Assembly: GCA_043228905.1 (NCBI GenBank)
Contig: JBHGNT010000004.1
Span: 13,950,001-14,014,000 of the forward strand
Length of the DNA stretch: 64,000 nt
Reading direction: 5' to 3'
From: Azolla caroliniana
Lineage: Eukaryota; Plantae; Polypodiophyta
The position numbers were made by a program, and so were the translations under genes. Below, one piece after another: positions 25,730-39,524 of this stretch (position 1 is its first letter; each line of letters starts with the position of its first letter). The notes beneath the pieces were generated by a model, which was not told the DNA's origin, made no database searches, and worked only from the letters and a program-made list of their open reading frames with translations.

Positions 25730-28290
25730 CAGACGAAGCTCCCGCAGCAACACAAAAACTCTAAGATCGACATTGCACCTTCAAAGCTACAACACACGAC
25801 CAGTTCGATCCTCGTCCAGGTATGTATGAGTTACATATTAAAAAAACTTTTTTTTCCTTTTTGATAACTGTTTGTAACTTTGGTGCCGGTTCATCTTTCC
25901 CAAGAATCAAATAGGGCGAAGTTGTTGGAGTCCAAAACAAGGATGTCTTGAAGATCAGGGTGAAACAATAGGTGTATTTCTGATTGATAGAATTTTGTAT
26001 TATGGTTGATTTCTGCCTTTAGTGATGATTAGGGTTTGTGTTTTCCTTAAGTGGTTTAGGGTTTCAGATTACAAATATCAGATTACAAGTTTCTAGTTAC
26101 AAATTTCTAATTACAAATTTTAGATTACTGTTGCAATGTGTTGTAATTTTGCACCAATTCTCATGACAAATTCTGATTAGGGTTTTTGATTTTTTAAGTG
26201 GTTTATTTCTGATATATGTTGAAAAGGACAGATTATAAATTTCAGATTACTGTCTCAAAGTGTTATAATTTTGCACCAAATTCACATTAAAAATTCTGTT
26301 TTTGCACCAATTCTGATTACTGATTTTCTATTTCAGGTGGCTTGTTCCTCCCTATCCTAGAGTGCTGAACTTCGCAAAATTTTGTTAGACAAAGAAGGGC
26401 TTTCACAACATATATGGTCTGTCGCTCGAGGGTATTGACCCTGTTGTTCTAACAGATAGATTGATTAGTGATGTAGATTGGATGTCAATATATAAAGTGC
26501 CTAGAGTGAAAGGCAAGGTCATGCTCAAGCATGTACGACCGGACTTGTAAGACGACTGCATGAGACTACACCAGAAAGTGGGCAGAAAGTACATCAAGAG
26601 ATCCCGATCAACAACAAGTTTTCCATTTCATTTGCAAGAGTTTTTACATACGAGTATTGCAAAATAGCGAAGGAATCTCGTGACCTTGAAATGTACAGGG
26701 TAGCTTGGGCAATTTATGGTGAGGCATCGGTAGAAAGATGCCGGAAGATGGGGAGCTTGCAACAAAAAATGGCAAGATTTTGGAGCATGGCAGTTAATGA
26801 TGCAACTGCCAACTCCCAACAAACCCGCAAGTATACACCACACCGATACACAATGAAAACCAATGTCGATGATACAGGTGAGACATTGATTAACTATATG
26901 CTAAAAAATGTCCATGAAGCCTATGAGGCATTGGAGTTTTTTAAGACTGATTTAGAGAAAGCAACATTGGTTGCTGCGATGGAGAGCAAAGTCACTTCGG
27001 CAGTTACAACAATCAGAAATAAGATTTAGGTACCTATTGTTTTGCTAGTGTGTAATATGCTATAAATAACTTGTACATGAAAATGTGCTAGTGAGGCATT
27101 ATCTGGAACATGTTAGCGATTTTCCTAGGGTTTTATGAAGTTTTACTATGATCTATTTGGACATGTAAAACCTCAGATTGGTTGTTGCTTGATCCACATT
27201 ATGTAATGGAACTCTATGATGTTTCTCCAAGATAATTATGTTCATGTTGTTCTATGATGGAAAATATTTCATGTTCATTATGTTGTTTTGTGAGACTGTT
27301 AGTTACTTTGTGAGTGTGAATATGTTGGTGTTTTCTGATGTTGCAGAGTCTAAAGGGTTTGAATCTGTTGCTCCTAAGGCCGATGGTAGTGTGGAAATTG
27401 TTGATGTTGCTACGTATTTAGAGGGCCACATCTTGAAAGTACATGTAGCAACTGACACAAATGATCTGGTCACAAAAGTTGATCAAGCATGTTGCACGGA
27501 TGATCTGATTTTGCAGGTAGATGCAACATGTGATACCAATGGGTGTATATCAACCAGATCAATATCTACATGCACCGAGCTAATGACTAAGTCGACAATA
27601 CAAGAGCACCAGAATGTGAAGCCAGGCCCAACACAGTCGACCAGAGGTTTGAAGAGGAAAAGGACACCAATTGTGTCGACAGAACCTGAGTTGATTGAAA
27701 TTGATTGTGTGCTACCAGTAATTGGTGTAACAGAGGCTTAATTATAGGAATGGAAACCTAAACCATTAGAAGTCGAAAGAAGAGCCTTGATCCTGGAGCT
27801 TTAAAGTCTTGATGAGTGTGCGATATATGACACCAAGGAGGGACGCAAATCAATTTCTAGAGTGGGTTGTGCAATACTTTGATTTGTTTATTTGGAGGGA
27901 AAAAACACGTACATATGTGTGGAAGTGTGTAGAAAGATTTTTCCCGAAGTGGTGACAACATTTCAAGGGTCAGTGGACATGAGAGAAATGTGAGCAGAAG
28001 GACGTTGCAAGATTCAAAAGACTTTTTGATTTTTGGGCTACTTGGCTAGATTATAATGCCGACAATACATTGATTCTGGATACAGAACGTTTCTGGCATT
28101 ACTTCAACATTCGCAGATGCTGTCTCATTCTACCCAATGAAATGCTTGAACACTACTTGGTGAAAACATTGAGCTGCCAACTAACTGCATGGTTGTGGTG
28201 GACTCCATATCGAGCTCGGTATGCAGCTCATATATGTAGAGAAGTTTCATTCACCAGCAAGAGCTTAGGTGTTTATAGGTGATTTGAAGA
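25730..28290 (+). pseudogene. Decayed intron-containing gene of unknown, probably transposon-associated, function
   Basis: Coding-like pieces (26337-27029, 27347-27741, 28070-28282) with splice-like boundaries, stops and frameshifts; no family recognised. Confidence 0.35.
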
Positions 28291-28689
28291 CACTGCCAAT
28301 GAGATGTTATAAATATGTACTTTAATGACAGATTAATAAATGAAGAATTAAATTGCTTGTTTTGAGTAACTTATCTACTGTGTAATTTTAAGAGTATGTT
28401 TAGGATTGCTAATTTCATGATAGTGTTTTTTCTTAATAGTATTTTAACTTGTAGATGGTTCACTTGAGTCAATCTATATATTAGAAAGACGAACCCTAAA
28501 CGATATTATTAAACTGGTTTTTAAGAAAGAAGATTAGAAAGAAGACTGTATATAAAAAAGACACACACTTTTATTGAGAAAGAAGCACAAAAAGTAGACT
28601 GTATATAAAAACAAAACTCCCAAACAGGTTCATTAAACTGTTTATTTGCAATACATGTGCTTTGTTTGTTTTACAAGAAAACTGGTAAT

Positions 28690-29330
28690 TGCTACTTGTA
28701 GCTACATAATTAGCTATAATCATATGCAACTAATTAGCTAGTTAGCTAGTTAGCTATTCTTGTAGCTAATTAGCTAGTCATACACAGCTAATTAGCTATT
28801 CAAGTAGCTAAATAGCTATGCTCATTTTCTTAGGTAGCTAATTAGTTATTCTAGTAGCTAATTAGCTGGTAATAAATAAATTAGTTATTAGGAATAACGA
28901 GTTAGCTATTCTAGTAGCTAAATAGCTATGCTCCTATTCTTAGGTAGCTAATTAGCTATACTCATAAGCAGCTAATTAGCTAGGATGGTAGCTAATTAGC
29001 TATTGTCATAGGCAACTAATTAGCTATTGTGGTAGCTAAATAGCTATGATTGGTAGCTAATTAGCTATTCTGGTAGCTAAATAGCTATGTTCGATATTCT
29101 TAGGTAGCTAATTAACTATTCTGGTAGCAAATTAGCTATTGGCAATCGCTATTAAGCTATTACTAGTAGCTAGTTAGCTATGGTCATATTCTGAGGTAGC
29201 TAATTAGCTATTCTTGTAGCTAATTAGCTATTACTGGTAGCTATTTAGTTATGGTCATATTCTGAGGTAGCTAATTAGCTATTCTAGTATGGTCATATTC
29301 GGAGGTAGCTAATAAGCTAACTAACTAAGC
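28690..29330. repeat. Array of the palindrome TAGCTAATTAGCTA and variants
   Basis: Many copies seen directly; a smaller cluster at 25447-25500. Confidence 0.9.
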
Positions 29331-29368
29331 TCAAAAGTTAAAACAAATGTTGAGATAAATGTAAATAC

Positions 29369-30101
29369 CTGAGATACAACAAGAAGATGAATGGGATACT
29401 CCTCGTATTGACTCCTTCCGACACGTTTCCTGCATAAATCCTTCTTATTGGGTGAAACCCTACTCTCATTAGTCCAAAATATTGTGATTATATATATCCT
29501 TGATTTCTGATGTTATGGGTGTCATTGGCTTACATCTTGTTGTTAGCTTTAGCAGACTAGTTCCTTCACCCGAGGAAACTATCCGGTTCAATGTATTGTA
29601 CACACTTTTTCTACTAACACCAATTACCTTAGATAACACATTGATGTTAATATCATCAACATCACTATTAAGTAACATCATTAGACTAGAACTTTTTAAG
29701 ACAAGATCATCTTCTGACCTGCTCATGGATACGAAACTATTACGGAGATTATTTACTAGTACATATGTTATGTTTGCATTAAGACCATCACAATCAACTA
29801 ACTCCTTTATTGATGGATCATTTAATATTCCATAAAGTACTACCTTCTTGTCTTCATTGCTAATGTGCTTGGTTTGAACATTGAAATAGTCTACAACCTT
29901 TCTCTCTATGATAGTTGTCTCATTACTTCCTCTCTTAGTGATATTTAGACCTATATCGCAACCAATACTATCTTTACCTTTAGTGAGTGTGGCTTTCATA
30001 TCCTTCAACAATTGACAATGTTTTTTTTTTTTTTTTTTCTGCCCAATACTTTCGTATCGCTTCTTGTGTCCTGATAGTGTCATCCCTATCCTAATGATCA
30101 T
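29369..30101 (-). pseudogene. HTH-containing protein fragment, probably a DNA-transposon protein N-terminus
   Basis: HTH-like INVLSKVIGVSRKSVYN, then SRVSPNKKDLCRKRVGR..EYPIHLL, ending at a CAG|GTATTT donor; internal stops. Confidence 0.4.
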
Positions 30102-30269
30102 TGAGGGGTAATTGTAAACACCCTCCTTCCCCTTCCATTTGGCTTGACGGGTTTAAACCCTAATTTCCCTGAAAAAAAGACATGTATTAAAGATGGCTAT
30201 GGGCAACAACAATACACAAGATTATACACAACAATACACAAGATAATCAATAGATAGAATAGTTGTTAC

Positions 30270-30795
30270 AATCCAGGACCGAATAGTGGCGGAAATCCAG
30301 GGCCGAATAGTGGCGGCAACAGAGTGTAGAATGGTGGCAGTGGAGGAGTGAACTCTGTTTGATCAAACAGTTTTGACAATCCAGGACCGAACAATGGCGG
30401 CAATTGAGTGTAGAATGATAGCAATGGAGGAGCGAATTCCGTCGGATCGAACAGTGGCAGATGATGCTTGGAAAGCACAATGACGACAACTGAGAGTACA
30501 ATGGTGGTAGTGGAGAAGGAGAGAACTCCCTCGGATCGAAAAGTGGCAGCAATACATGACCGAACAGTAGTGCCAACTAAGTGTAGAATGATGGCAATGG
30601 ATGAGTGAACTCCGTCAAATCGAAAAGTGGTAGCAATCCAAGACCGAATAGTAGCGGCAACTGAGTGTAGAATTATGGTAATGGAGTTAACTCCGTCGGA
30701 TCGAACAGTGGCAGATGATGCTTGGAACGCATAGTGATGGAAACTGAGAGTACAATGGTGGTAGTGGAGAAGGAGTGAACTCCCTGGGATCGAAA
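30270..30795. repeat. Degenerate tandem repeat (alternating ~85-90-bp units)
   Basis: Recurring gagtgtagaatgatggcaatggaggagtgaactccgtcggatcgaa..gtggcag. Confidence 0.8.
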
Positions 30796-30903
30796 CATTG
30801 TTGTAGTGTAATTTGCACACTACGTGAAATATGTAAAAAATATATCTGATTTAAGTACGCATAAATAAATAAAAGAAAATATTAAAAATATTTTTACATG
30901 CAT

Positions 30904-33900
30904 GATGGCGATGTTTGAGCGGATGCTACAAGAACAATGTGCGATGTCGGTGATTGTGGCGGCAGTAGAACGACTCGTGCAATGGAGCGGGCAATTCAAC
31001 AGGAAGGATGTGTCGCAATATTTGCGGGATTACAAGGCGGAAATGCTATGTTGCGGAATATCGGAAGGATAGCAGGTGACATCCTTCAGTCGGGTGGCTA
31101 CGGACGGGCTTCAAGGGAGTATCCACGGGATACGACAACAAAATCCGACGTGGGAAACATTTGAAGAAGCGCTAAAGACCACGTTTGCCATCGAAGAATC
31201 CTCCAAGGCAACGTGGAGGGGATTCAAAGATTGGGTGGAAACGCTAGACAAGGGGCTGAAGGTCCTCGATGTGTTTTCGGCATTCGAAAGTTGGTTCGGG
31301 AGGTTGTCCGCGAGAGATCAAGCTATCCTCGCACAGGACAAAGTGATCATGTTCTTACGACCCGTGGATGTCCGGGACCAGAAAGATCTTGGAATGCTTC
31401 TAGAGGACACCACTACTGAGAGTGGCCTCACCAATACATGGGAAAACATGCTGGATATCGTCGCACGATACACAAAGAGGGGGCAATGTCTTGGTAGTGA
31501 AGAAAAGAGGGTTTCGGAACCAATTCCGAAACAAAGATCCGGATTGGAAGACCCTCAACCGTGGGCTTGGGAGACAATGACCAAGAAGGGAATCAATGCA
31601 ACCACGGTGGAGCAGTTGCTGAAGGAGATGGAGAATTTGAAAATCGCGATGGTGAAGAAGTCGGATGACCGTCCCACAAGTTCCAAGTATATGGACTGTC
31701 GATGCATATGGTGCAATAGCACCGAACATGATCGAATGGATTGCGACGAGCACAAGGAGGCGCTACTACGGGACCTTATCTACTATGAGGGAAATCGGAT
31801 TCATTTGATGAGCTCTCGAAAGCCACTCCAACGGAACTTCCGAAAAGGCGGCATGAAGAAGGTCCTAGAGGAGGAAATAGCGGCCAAAAGCAATTATGTG
31901 ACAACCGCGGGGATATGTGTGGATGAGTCATCTGGAGCAAAGGCGTCTTTTTGGCTGGAAGTGCTAGAAAACCTTGAGAAAACTGACTCTAATGAGATTC
32001 GAAGCACCGCGGAAGGCATCCAAGAAGCTACGGGATGGGAGTGCCCCGTCGATAAGAATAGTATGTATGCCCTATGCCAATTACATGAGGTGTATGTAGA
32101 TGAGAAAGGACGGCGCACGGATGATGCGGCCGGACCATCAAATACACTAGAGAGCTGGAACTCCGAAGGGAAGGGGAAAGGAAAAACAATTCCGGCATTC
32201 AAACTCGCTTCGAACATCGAGCAACGAACAAACTTAAAAAAGGTGTTCGAGGAGAGAATCCTCAATAGCCGGGTAGATTTTTTGCTTCGGGAATTACTCG
32301 GAATAGCGAAGAAGGAGTTCCACGATCTTCTTGTGGATCTCTGAAGAAAAAAAGACAAAATACGGAGGAAAATGCTCCAAGGGTGAATGCAAATACCGTT
32401 CTAATGATTGACACCGAAGTGGAGGATGAAATTCCGAACTCCCACTACACAAGGACACACTGGGCATGTGCAACTATGGAGACTCCGGTCTGAATCGGAA
32501 ACATCAAGGAGCCCATACTAGCATTGATTGATCACGGATCGGAGATCAATTTGATGTCCAAGGAGTTCTACAAAAAGGGGAAGTGGCCTATTAACACTAA
32601 TCATGGATGGAAGATCCGGGCAACCACTAAAACAACGGAAGATTTATTTGCGGCTTGTCCGGATGTGACGGTGAAAATCGGAGATGTGGAGATTGACCAA
32701 AATTTCTTCGTGCAAGATGAGGTCTCACACTTTGTGATCCTCGGGAAACCCTTTATTACGACTTCATGGATGGAGACAAAGGTGCTTGAAAGCGGAGCGG
32801 CTTTTGCACGAATTTGGAGCCAAAGCGGAGGGAAAACCGTCCAATTCCTTGTGCCATCAAATCACGAAAGGAACAAGAGAGAGCTCTTGTCCCAAACAAA
32901 AACGGATTTTTAAAGCGGACTGTTATGGAGTGGGGAAGTAATAGTCCGAGAAGCCCTGATACCCCACACAGGAAGAAAACCCTCGGAGCAAAACAAGTAT
33001 GAATCGGTTCGGATGGAGCATCCACGTACACGGCTATAACTAGAGTAATGAAGAAAGAATTCCGAAAGGTGCAAGATGAGTTACGGTCTGCATTAATAAT
33101 AAAAGAAGACGAAGAAATTGTGGGAGTAGTCGAAGAAGTGTTCTACGGGAGCACGCTACAACGTCTTGAAGAGCTAGCATAAGAGAATAGCTAAGGAGAC
33201 CGGGTAGTTCTGGTGGAATTGGTCGAGATGTATGAGATCATTACGAAAATGGGGCCGGATGCGCTCCGCAAAGAAGAAGCAATGGTATGTATGAAATATA
33301 AGACCGTGGAAAAGAAGGTGAAACCGGCCGCGGGACCGCTGCCTGCCGATAGGGAACAAAAGAGGAAAGAAGTCTCGGGAAATCCGACACTTCGGAAGTC
33401 CGTGGATATCGGACATGCCTTCACGGATGAGACCTGGAAGAAACTTCGGATCGGTGGATGTGGTTTCCTCTCACAAAATGAAGAAGAACGGTTTCGTGAG
33501 ATGTTGGAGCAGTATGGAAGAGCATTTGCATTCACATCGAAAGAGATAGGGTGTGCTGACCCGAAGATAGTGGAGCCGATGGTGATCTTCACGCTTGATC
33601 ATGTGCCGTGGAACCTGAAGCCGATTTCGGTGCCATGAGCGCATATTCCGAAATCATTGATTTGCTTAAGGAGAAGTTGGCGATGGGGATTCTAGAGCTA
33701 TCCAATGCTCCATACTCAAATCGATGGTTTACGGTTCCGAAGAAGAATGGGTCACTCCGATTTATTCAAGATTTGCAACCGGTGAACAAGGTCACAATCC
33801 GGAACTCCGGAGTCGGTCCGATAGTGGACGAATTTGTGGAAGTGTTTTCCGGTCGCGCAATATACTCCATCGGAGACCTATACTCTGGGTATGACCAATT

Positions 33901-36422
33901 CTAACTAGCCGTGGAGAGCTGAGACATCACTACCATGCGAACACTGATAAGACTAGTCCGGATGTGCACGCTACCACAAGGTGCGACGAACTTGGTCTCA
34001 CATATGATGAATGCGATGAATAAGGTGCTTCGGGACTTAATTCTGGAGATAAGGATGCCGTTCCTAGATGACATTCCGATAAAAGGATGTGCGGTGGAAG
34101 AAAAAGATGAGAATATGGATGATCAAGGATGCCGAAAGTTCGTAGTCGACCATATTCGCGATTGCGAGAAAGTGTTACGGAAGTTAGAAGATGTGCACCT
34201 AACACTCTCTGGAGAGAAATCGGCATTCGGACAAGAAGAGATATTGGTAGTCGAACATCTATGTGGGCCCTACGGCCGAAGACCGTCACCAGTCAAGATT
34301 GATGCGAATCAAGCTATGAAAGAAACATGCGAGTCATAATCCGAAGTCCGTAGATTTCTTGGGGTATGTGCATTCTATCACATATGAATTCCACACTATG
34401 CACACATTGCGGACCCACTCTATCACTTGTTGCGGAAGGGGAAGAAGTTCGAATGGAAACCGGAACATACCAAAGCCGTGGAGAAGCTTAAGAAATCACT
34501 ATAGAGGGCAGAAGCACTTAAGAAGACGAAATATGATCGACCGATTATAGTAACGGTTGATACAAGTCCAACCGGGATCGGATGGGTCATCAATCAAGCC
34601 GATTCGGATGGTTCATGATATTCGATCCGATTCGGAGCAAAGGTTCTCAACGAAAGGCAACACGAATATGCACAAGTTAAAAGAGAATTATGGGGAGTCG
34701 TGTCGGCGATAAAATCAGATCGAGATTACTTGATTGGAGCCGAAGTAGTGATCGAAACGGATTGTCTTCTGATACTCGGGATGATGCGGTGTTGCACGAT
34801 ATTGGATGTGGTTATGCTAAGATGGATTGCATATGTAAAGTCGTTTAATCCGGAGATACGACACATCTTCGAAAAAGACAACGTAGTATCAAGGGTACAG
34901 TTTGGAGACAACATAGCCGAATCTGACAATGAAGAAGTTTCCGAAAACTACTTTACTTCGGAGCACATATGCCGGGTGAACGTAATCCGAGAATTTCGGG
35001 AAGAAAAATACGAGGGAGAAAGTTTGCTGATTGGGAAAGTTCTACAAGAAATGGAGGAATCATCAGACAATAAAGAAAAGAGAGCCGAGATGCGAAGTAA
35101 GAAGCGTCAAATCCAAAAGTTTTTCTTGAACAATGGATTAATTTGAAGGGAGCCGAGAAGACCAAATGGTATACCACTATGGGTAGTCGGAACAAAAGAG
35201 CAACAAAACCGGATAATGTCCGAATTTCACGAATCCGATTGGGCTGGACATCGGGGAACATGGGCAACATTTGCGAAGATCAAACAAAAATATTGGTGGA
35301 AGAATATGTACAATGTTGTAGCGGAGTTCACGGAAAGCTGTGAGAAATGTCAAATCTATTCTGGAGTTAGACACCGAGATGAATTACATCCGACATTCTC
35401 AACGACAATCAACTTCAAATGGATGGTCAACATTGTGGCCATGCCAACCGGGATCGGACAAAAGAAGTACTTGGTGTTAGCCAGGGAAGATCTAACAAAC
35501 CAAGTAGAAGGACGGGCACTACGGAGGAAAACATGTTCCGCAGTATGCCAATTTCTCTTGGAAGAAGTGTTCTGCAAGTACGAGTGCGTAGGACAAGTGA
35601 TTGCGGATCGGGGAGAACTTGACTATGATAAAGCTAGGGAATTCTTTGTCAGACATGGAGTACGGTTAACACTAACCACGGCATACAATCTGGAAGCCAA
35701 TGGAAAGATCGAGTGAGGACATAGTCCAATCGTTAAAGCACTTGCAAAAGCATGTGACGGAAGGGTGAAGGATTGGCCGCAAATGCTTCCATATGCACTA
35801 TGGGCAGATCGCACGACGCATAGTTCCGCGACCGGTTATATGCCAACCGAACTTATGACCGGACAAGCACCGGTAATGCCGATGGAAACCGCAATTACAA
35901 CATGGACAGTGCTACCGTGGAAGGAAGAAATGAGCCGGGAAGAACTACTAACGGTCGGATACGACAACTAGAGGGAAGACCGGAAGACATAGCGGAAGCA
36001 ACATGCTCACAACATTCCGGAACAAAAGTCGATTCGACACAAAGCATTGACTACAACCACGAAAGATTGAAGAAGCAGATTGGGTGATTGTCTATGACAG
36101 TATTTTGGATCATCAACATACAACGATACGGACATATGTTAAAAGGTGGTTCGGGCCATACGAGGTTCGGAAAGTTTTTGACAACGGAACTTACCGACCA
36201 TGTGAGTTGGATGGAATAGTACTACGGGTGCCTATAGCGGGGAAACGGGTGAAGATTTTCAAGAAGAGGACTGACGACAAACCTTATGTAAGCTTAGACA
36301 AGACCGACAACGAGGAGCAATCAGACAAAGATCGAGGTGATGCGGAAAGCGAAGAAAGTGGACTACAATTGATAATCGACATAAGGGGAGAATCAGAGAG
36401 TGCTACGGATGAAGGCGAATAA
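30904..36422 (+). pseudogene. gag-PR ORF and -1 frame RT-RH-INT ORF, disrupted
   Basis: ORF-track fragments 31076-36422 with the motifs above. Confidence 0.88.
32904..32967 (+). promoter_or_regulatory. Putative -1 frameshift slippery site plus H-type pseudoknot between PR and RT
   Basis: G GAT TTT then TAA; stem 32916-32926/32938-32948; loop gtgggg (32930-32935) complementary to ccccac (32962-32967); downstream pol is in the -1 frame. Confidence 0.7.
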
Positions 36423-36784
36423 CAAACATCGGGAACTTCGGCACATATCGGAGGATGTGCGGGTTCGGAGGGGGTGAGTGTCGTAGTGTAACGCACACTA
36501 CGTGAAATATGTAAGAAATATATCTGATTTAAGTACGCATAAATAAATAAAATAAAATATTTTTGCATGCATAGGGCAGGATTCAAACCCTGTACCTCCA
36601 TGTAAACAAACCCAAACTTTACCATTGTACTAACTTATCATAAGTAATCTATAGATTTAATAGGTATAAGAGTTATATTTACGCCCAGTTTTACAAAAAA
36701 AAGTAAATCATGCACTTTTAGAGTGCGTGAAAACTTTATTTAGAAGAAAAAAGCAAGCCAATTACTCATGCACACTGAGTAGCA

Positions 36785-37350
36785 ATGGGCCCGGTTTCAG
36801 CTCAAACCGAACCGAATCGAAAAACCGTGGCTTAACGGTTTATAGGTTCAAAGATAAATAAACGGTTTGGTTTGGTTTCAAATGTTACTAATCGGTTTCG
36901 GTTTGGTTTGGTTTTGAATTGACCGGTTTAGCGGTTTATCCACTTATCGGTTTCTGTTTACGTGGTTCGGTTTAAAGGTTTATAGGTTTATAGGTTAAAA
37001 AATACTCATAAATATTTTCTATAGGCTCTAACTTTGAACTTTTAATTTTAAACTCTTGTTTTAACTTATTAAATTTTATATGTATTATATGTAGAGTTTC
37101 CTTTTCATTTATGATGATCAATTATGATAAGTATGATGATCAAATTTATGATTAGTATGATGACCAAATTTATGATAATTATGATGACAAATTTTATGAT
37201 AAGTATGATGACAAAATTTATGATGAGTATGATGACAAAATTTATGATGATTTTCTCACACAAATTTATAATAAGTATAATGATTAATATCAATAAAAAA
37301 TGGTTTGGTTTTGATTTATGATAAACTGGTTTGGTTTGGTTTGGTTTGGC
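36785..37350. mobile_element. MITE-like DNA transposon fragment with AAACCG/GGTTT motifs and an internal ~27-bp tandem repeat (37105-37290)
   Basis: Clustered aaaccg/cggttt/ggttt motifs typical of hAT-derived subtermini; TIR and TSD not resolved. Confidence 0.4.
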
Positions 37351-39521
37351 TTGAGGACGTTGACACCAGACACGGCATGGACGAAGAACGAGGCCAACTG
37401 GATCCGGAATAAGGCATACCGGTTCTTCCTACGGGACGAGAGCTTATGGAGACATCTGAAAAAGCGAAACAGTGTCTCGCTTAGCGTAGCGGCAAGAGTA
37501 GAGGAACATAAGGCATTGCTATTGGCGTATCACGAGAGTCCTTGGGCCGGACAACATGGAACGTGGGCCACATTCGAGAAGCTGAAGGAAAGGTATTGGT
37601 GGCCGGGAATGTATCGGGACGTGCACCAATTCGTGACGACCTGTGAGAGCTGCCAGATGCATTCCACAATCCGATACCGAGACGAGTTGCACCCGACCTA
37701 CCTGTCGACCATCCATTACAAGTGGATGGTGGACTTAGTGACAATGCCGATAGGGGTAGGGTAGATGCGATACCTGGTGCTTGCCCGAGAGGACTCGACG
37801 AACCAAGTGGAGGGTCGTGCACTACAGAACAAGACAACCGTGGCCGTGTGCCGATTCTTGATCGAGGAGGTGATATGTCGGTACGGGTGCATGGGGAAGA
37901 TTGTGGCTGACCGGGGAGAGTTGGACGCATAGGAAGTCGAGGAACTGTTCGGCCGGTTAGGGGTTAAGCTCTCTCTCACAACGGCGTATAATCCGGAGGC
38001 GAACGGAAAGGTGGAGCACGGACATGGGCCGATCGTGAAGGCATTAGTACGAGTGTGCGAAGGACATGTCGGTAATTGGCCGCAACTCCTACCCTACGCG
38101 TTATGGGATGACCGAACTACGCACAGTTCGATAACCGGGTTCATGCCGGTAGAGCTAATGTACGGGCAAAAGACGATCATGCCGATGGAGCAGACGATTT
38201 CCTCGTGGGTAGCAATGGATTGGAGAGACGAGATGAGCCGGGAAGAGTTGTTGGCAGCGCGGATTCGCCAGCTCAAGCGAAGACCGGAGGACGTGGATCG
38301 AGCGAAGGCGAAGCTACATGTGGCCAGAGTGAAGAATAAAGGCAAGTTTGACCGGACACACCGGCTACGACCGAAGAAGATCGAGGAAGGCGACTAGTTG
38401 CTGGTTTACGACAACAGTCTCGACAATCAACACAAGGCAACGCGTGTAAGTTCGCAAGGAGGTGGTTCGGGCCCTACGCCATAACGAGCACGAACTGCAA
38501 CGACACATACCATCTTGCGGAGCTCGATGGAACATGGATAGGAATACCAGTGGCCGGGAAGAGGATCAAGGCATTCAAGAAGCGGCATGAGGACGAGTCG
38601 GACTCGGGGAGCGCGGATGACGGTGATGACCGGGCTGGAATCGACGACGATTCGGAGAGCGTCAATTAACCACGGGCCGGCTTTCTCCTGGTACCTATCT
38701 CTTTTTGGCGCATGTCGATGGATGCGCGGTTTGGTGGGGGTCAATGTCGTGGAGAAAATAGGCCATAGGAGGAAATGGGAGTCCTAGCACGTGAACGGGG
38801 GGGCCTTACATGGATACGCACTAATTTAAGTTAATGTACCTTATTCAAGATTAGGTCAACGTGATGTAAATATAAACATATTAATAGGATTAGCAAATCA
38901 AGGTGTATCTCTGTCCGAAGGGACAAAGAATAAAAGGTGACGTAACTAGGGTGTGACGGCTGACCCTCAGCGGCCTATAAAAAGGGGAAAAGAAAGACTG
39001 AAGGGGGGATCACATTTTGGGGAGGAGGAGAAGGAGGTGTTGTCGGACTAGGAACCGAGCACTAATTCATCTCTGTTGTAATCTCTGCAGGCTTCTTGGC
39101 TGGTTGCGCTTGCTAGCGAGGAAAGCCGTGTGCTTCCGGCAGGGGCTCCACTGAGTATTCCTGTGTATGTGTGTGAGTGTGTTTGGTTGGTCACCGGTGC
39201 GCCGGTTGTAATCTTAGCAAATTTGTAATCACTGACTAGTACTAATTGGTTCTTCTTGAGTTGCATTCTCTCGAGCTAGTTGTGACACTCTTTAATCTAC
39301 TGTTGTCCTTCGTAATTGATCGAGTGCGCTTCTCCACCTATATTTCGCGTGTAGTTGTGTTCTCGTCTGACCTGGCGAGCGTTGTCCTTACCGGCCCCGG
39401 GTTCTTGCCGTTCCATCTCTTCCCTTCTCCTCTCCCTCTACTTTCACTCACTCCTCGGTTCAAGTCCCCCACGGCTCCGCCTTAGCTTCCTACGCACACG
39501 CGTAACAACACGACAACGACA
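37351..39521 (+). mobile_element. 3' end of a related gypsy element: integrase fragment, PPT and LTR (38745-~39521)
   Basis: HESPWAGQHGTW..YWWP..CESC integrase paralogous to 35216-36422; ggtggggg PPT; LTR tgtcgt..acgaca with cctataaaa at ~38974. Confidence 0.85.
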
Positions 39522-39524
39522 TGT

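Larger units (their letters stand above)
30799..36780 (+). mobile_element. Decayed non-chromodomain Ty3/gypsy element with a deleted 5' LTR/leader
   Basis: 30799-30903 repeats the LTR start at 36479-36572; gag knuckle CIWC..H..C, PR DHGSEIN, RT DLYSGYDQF/FLDD, RH, INT; PPT ggagggggtgag at 36467-36478; right end approximate. Confidence 0.88.
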
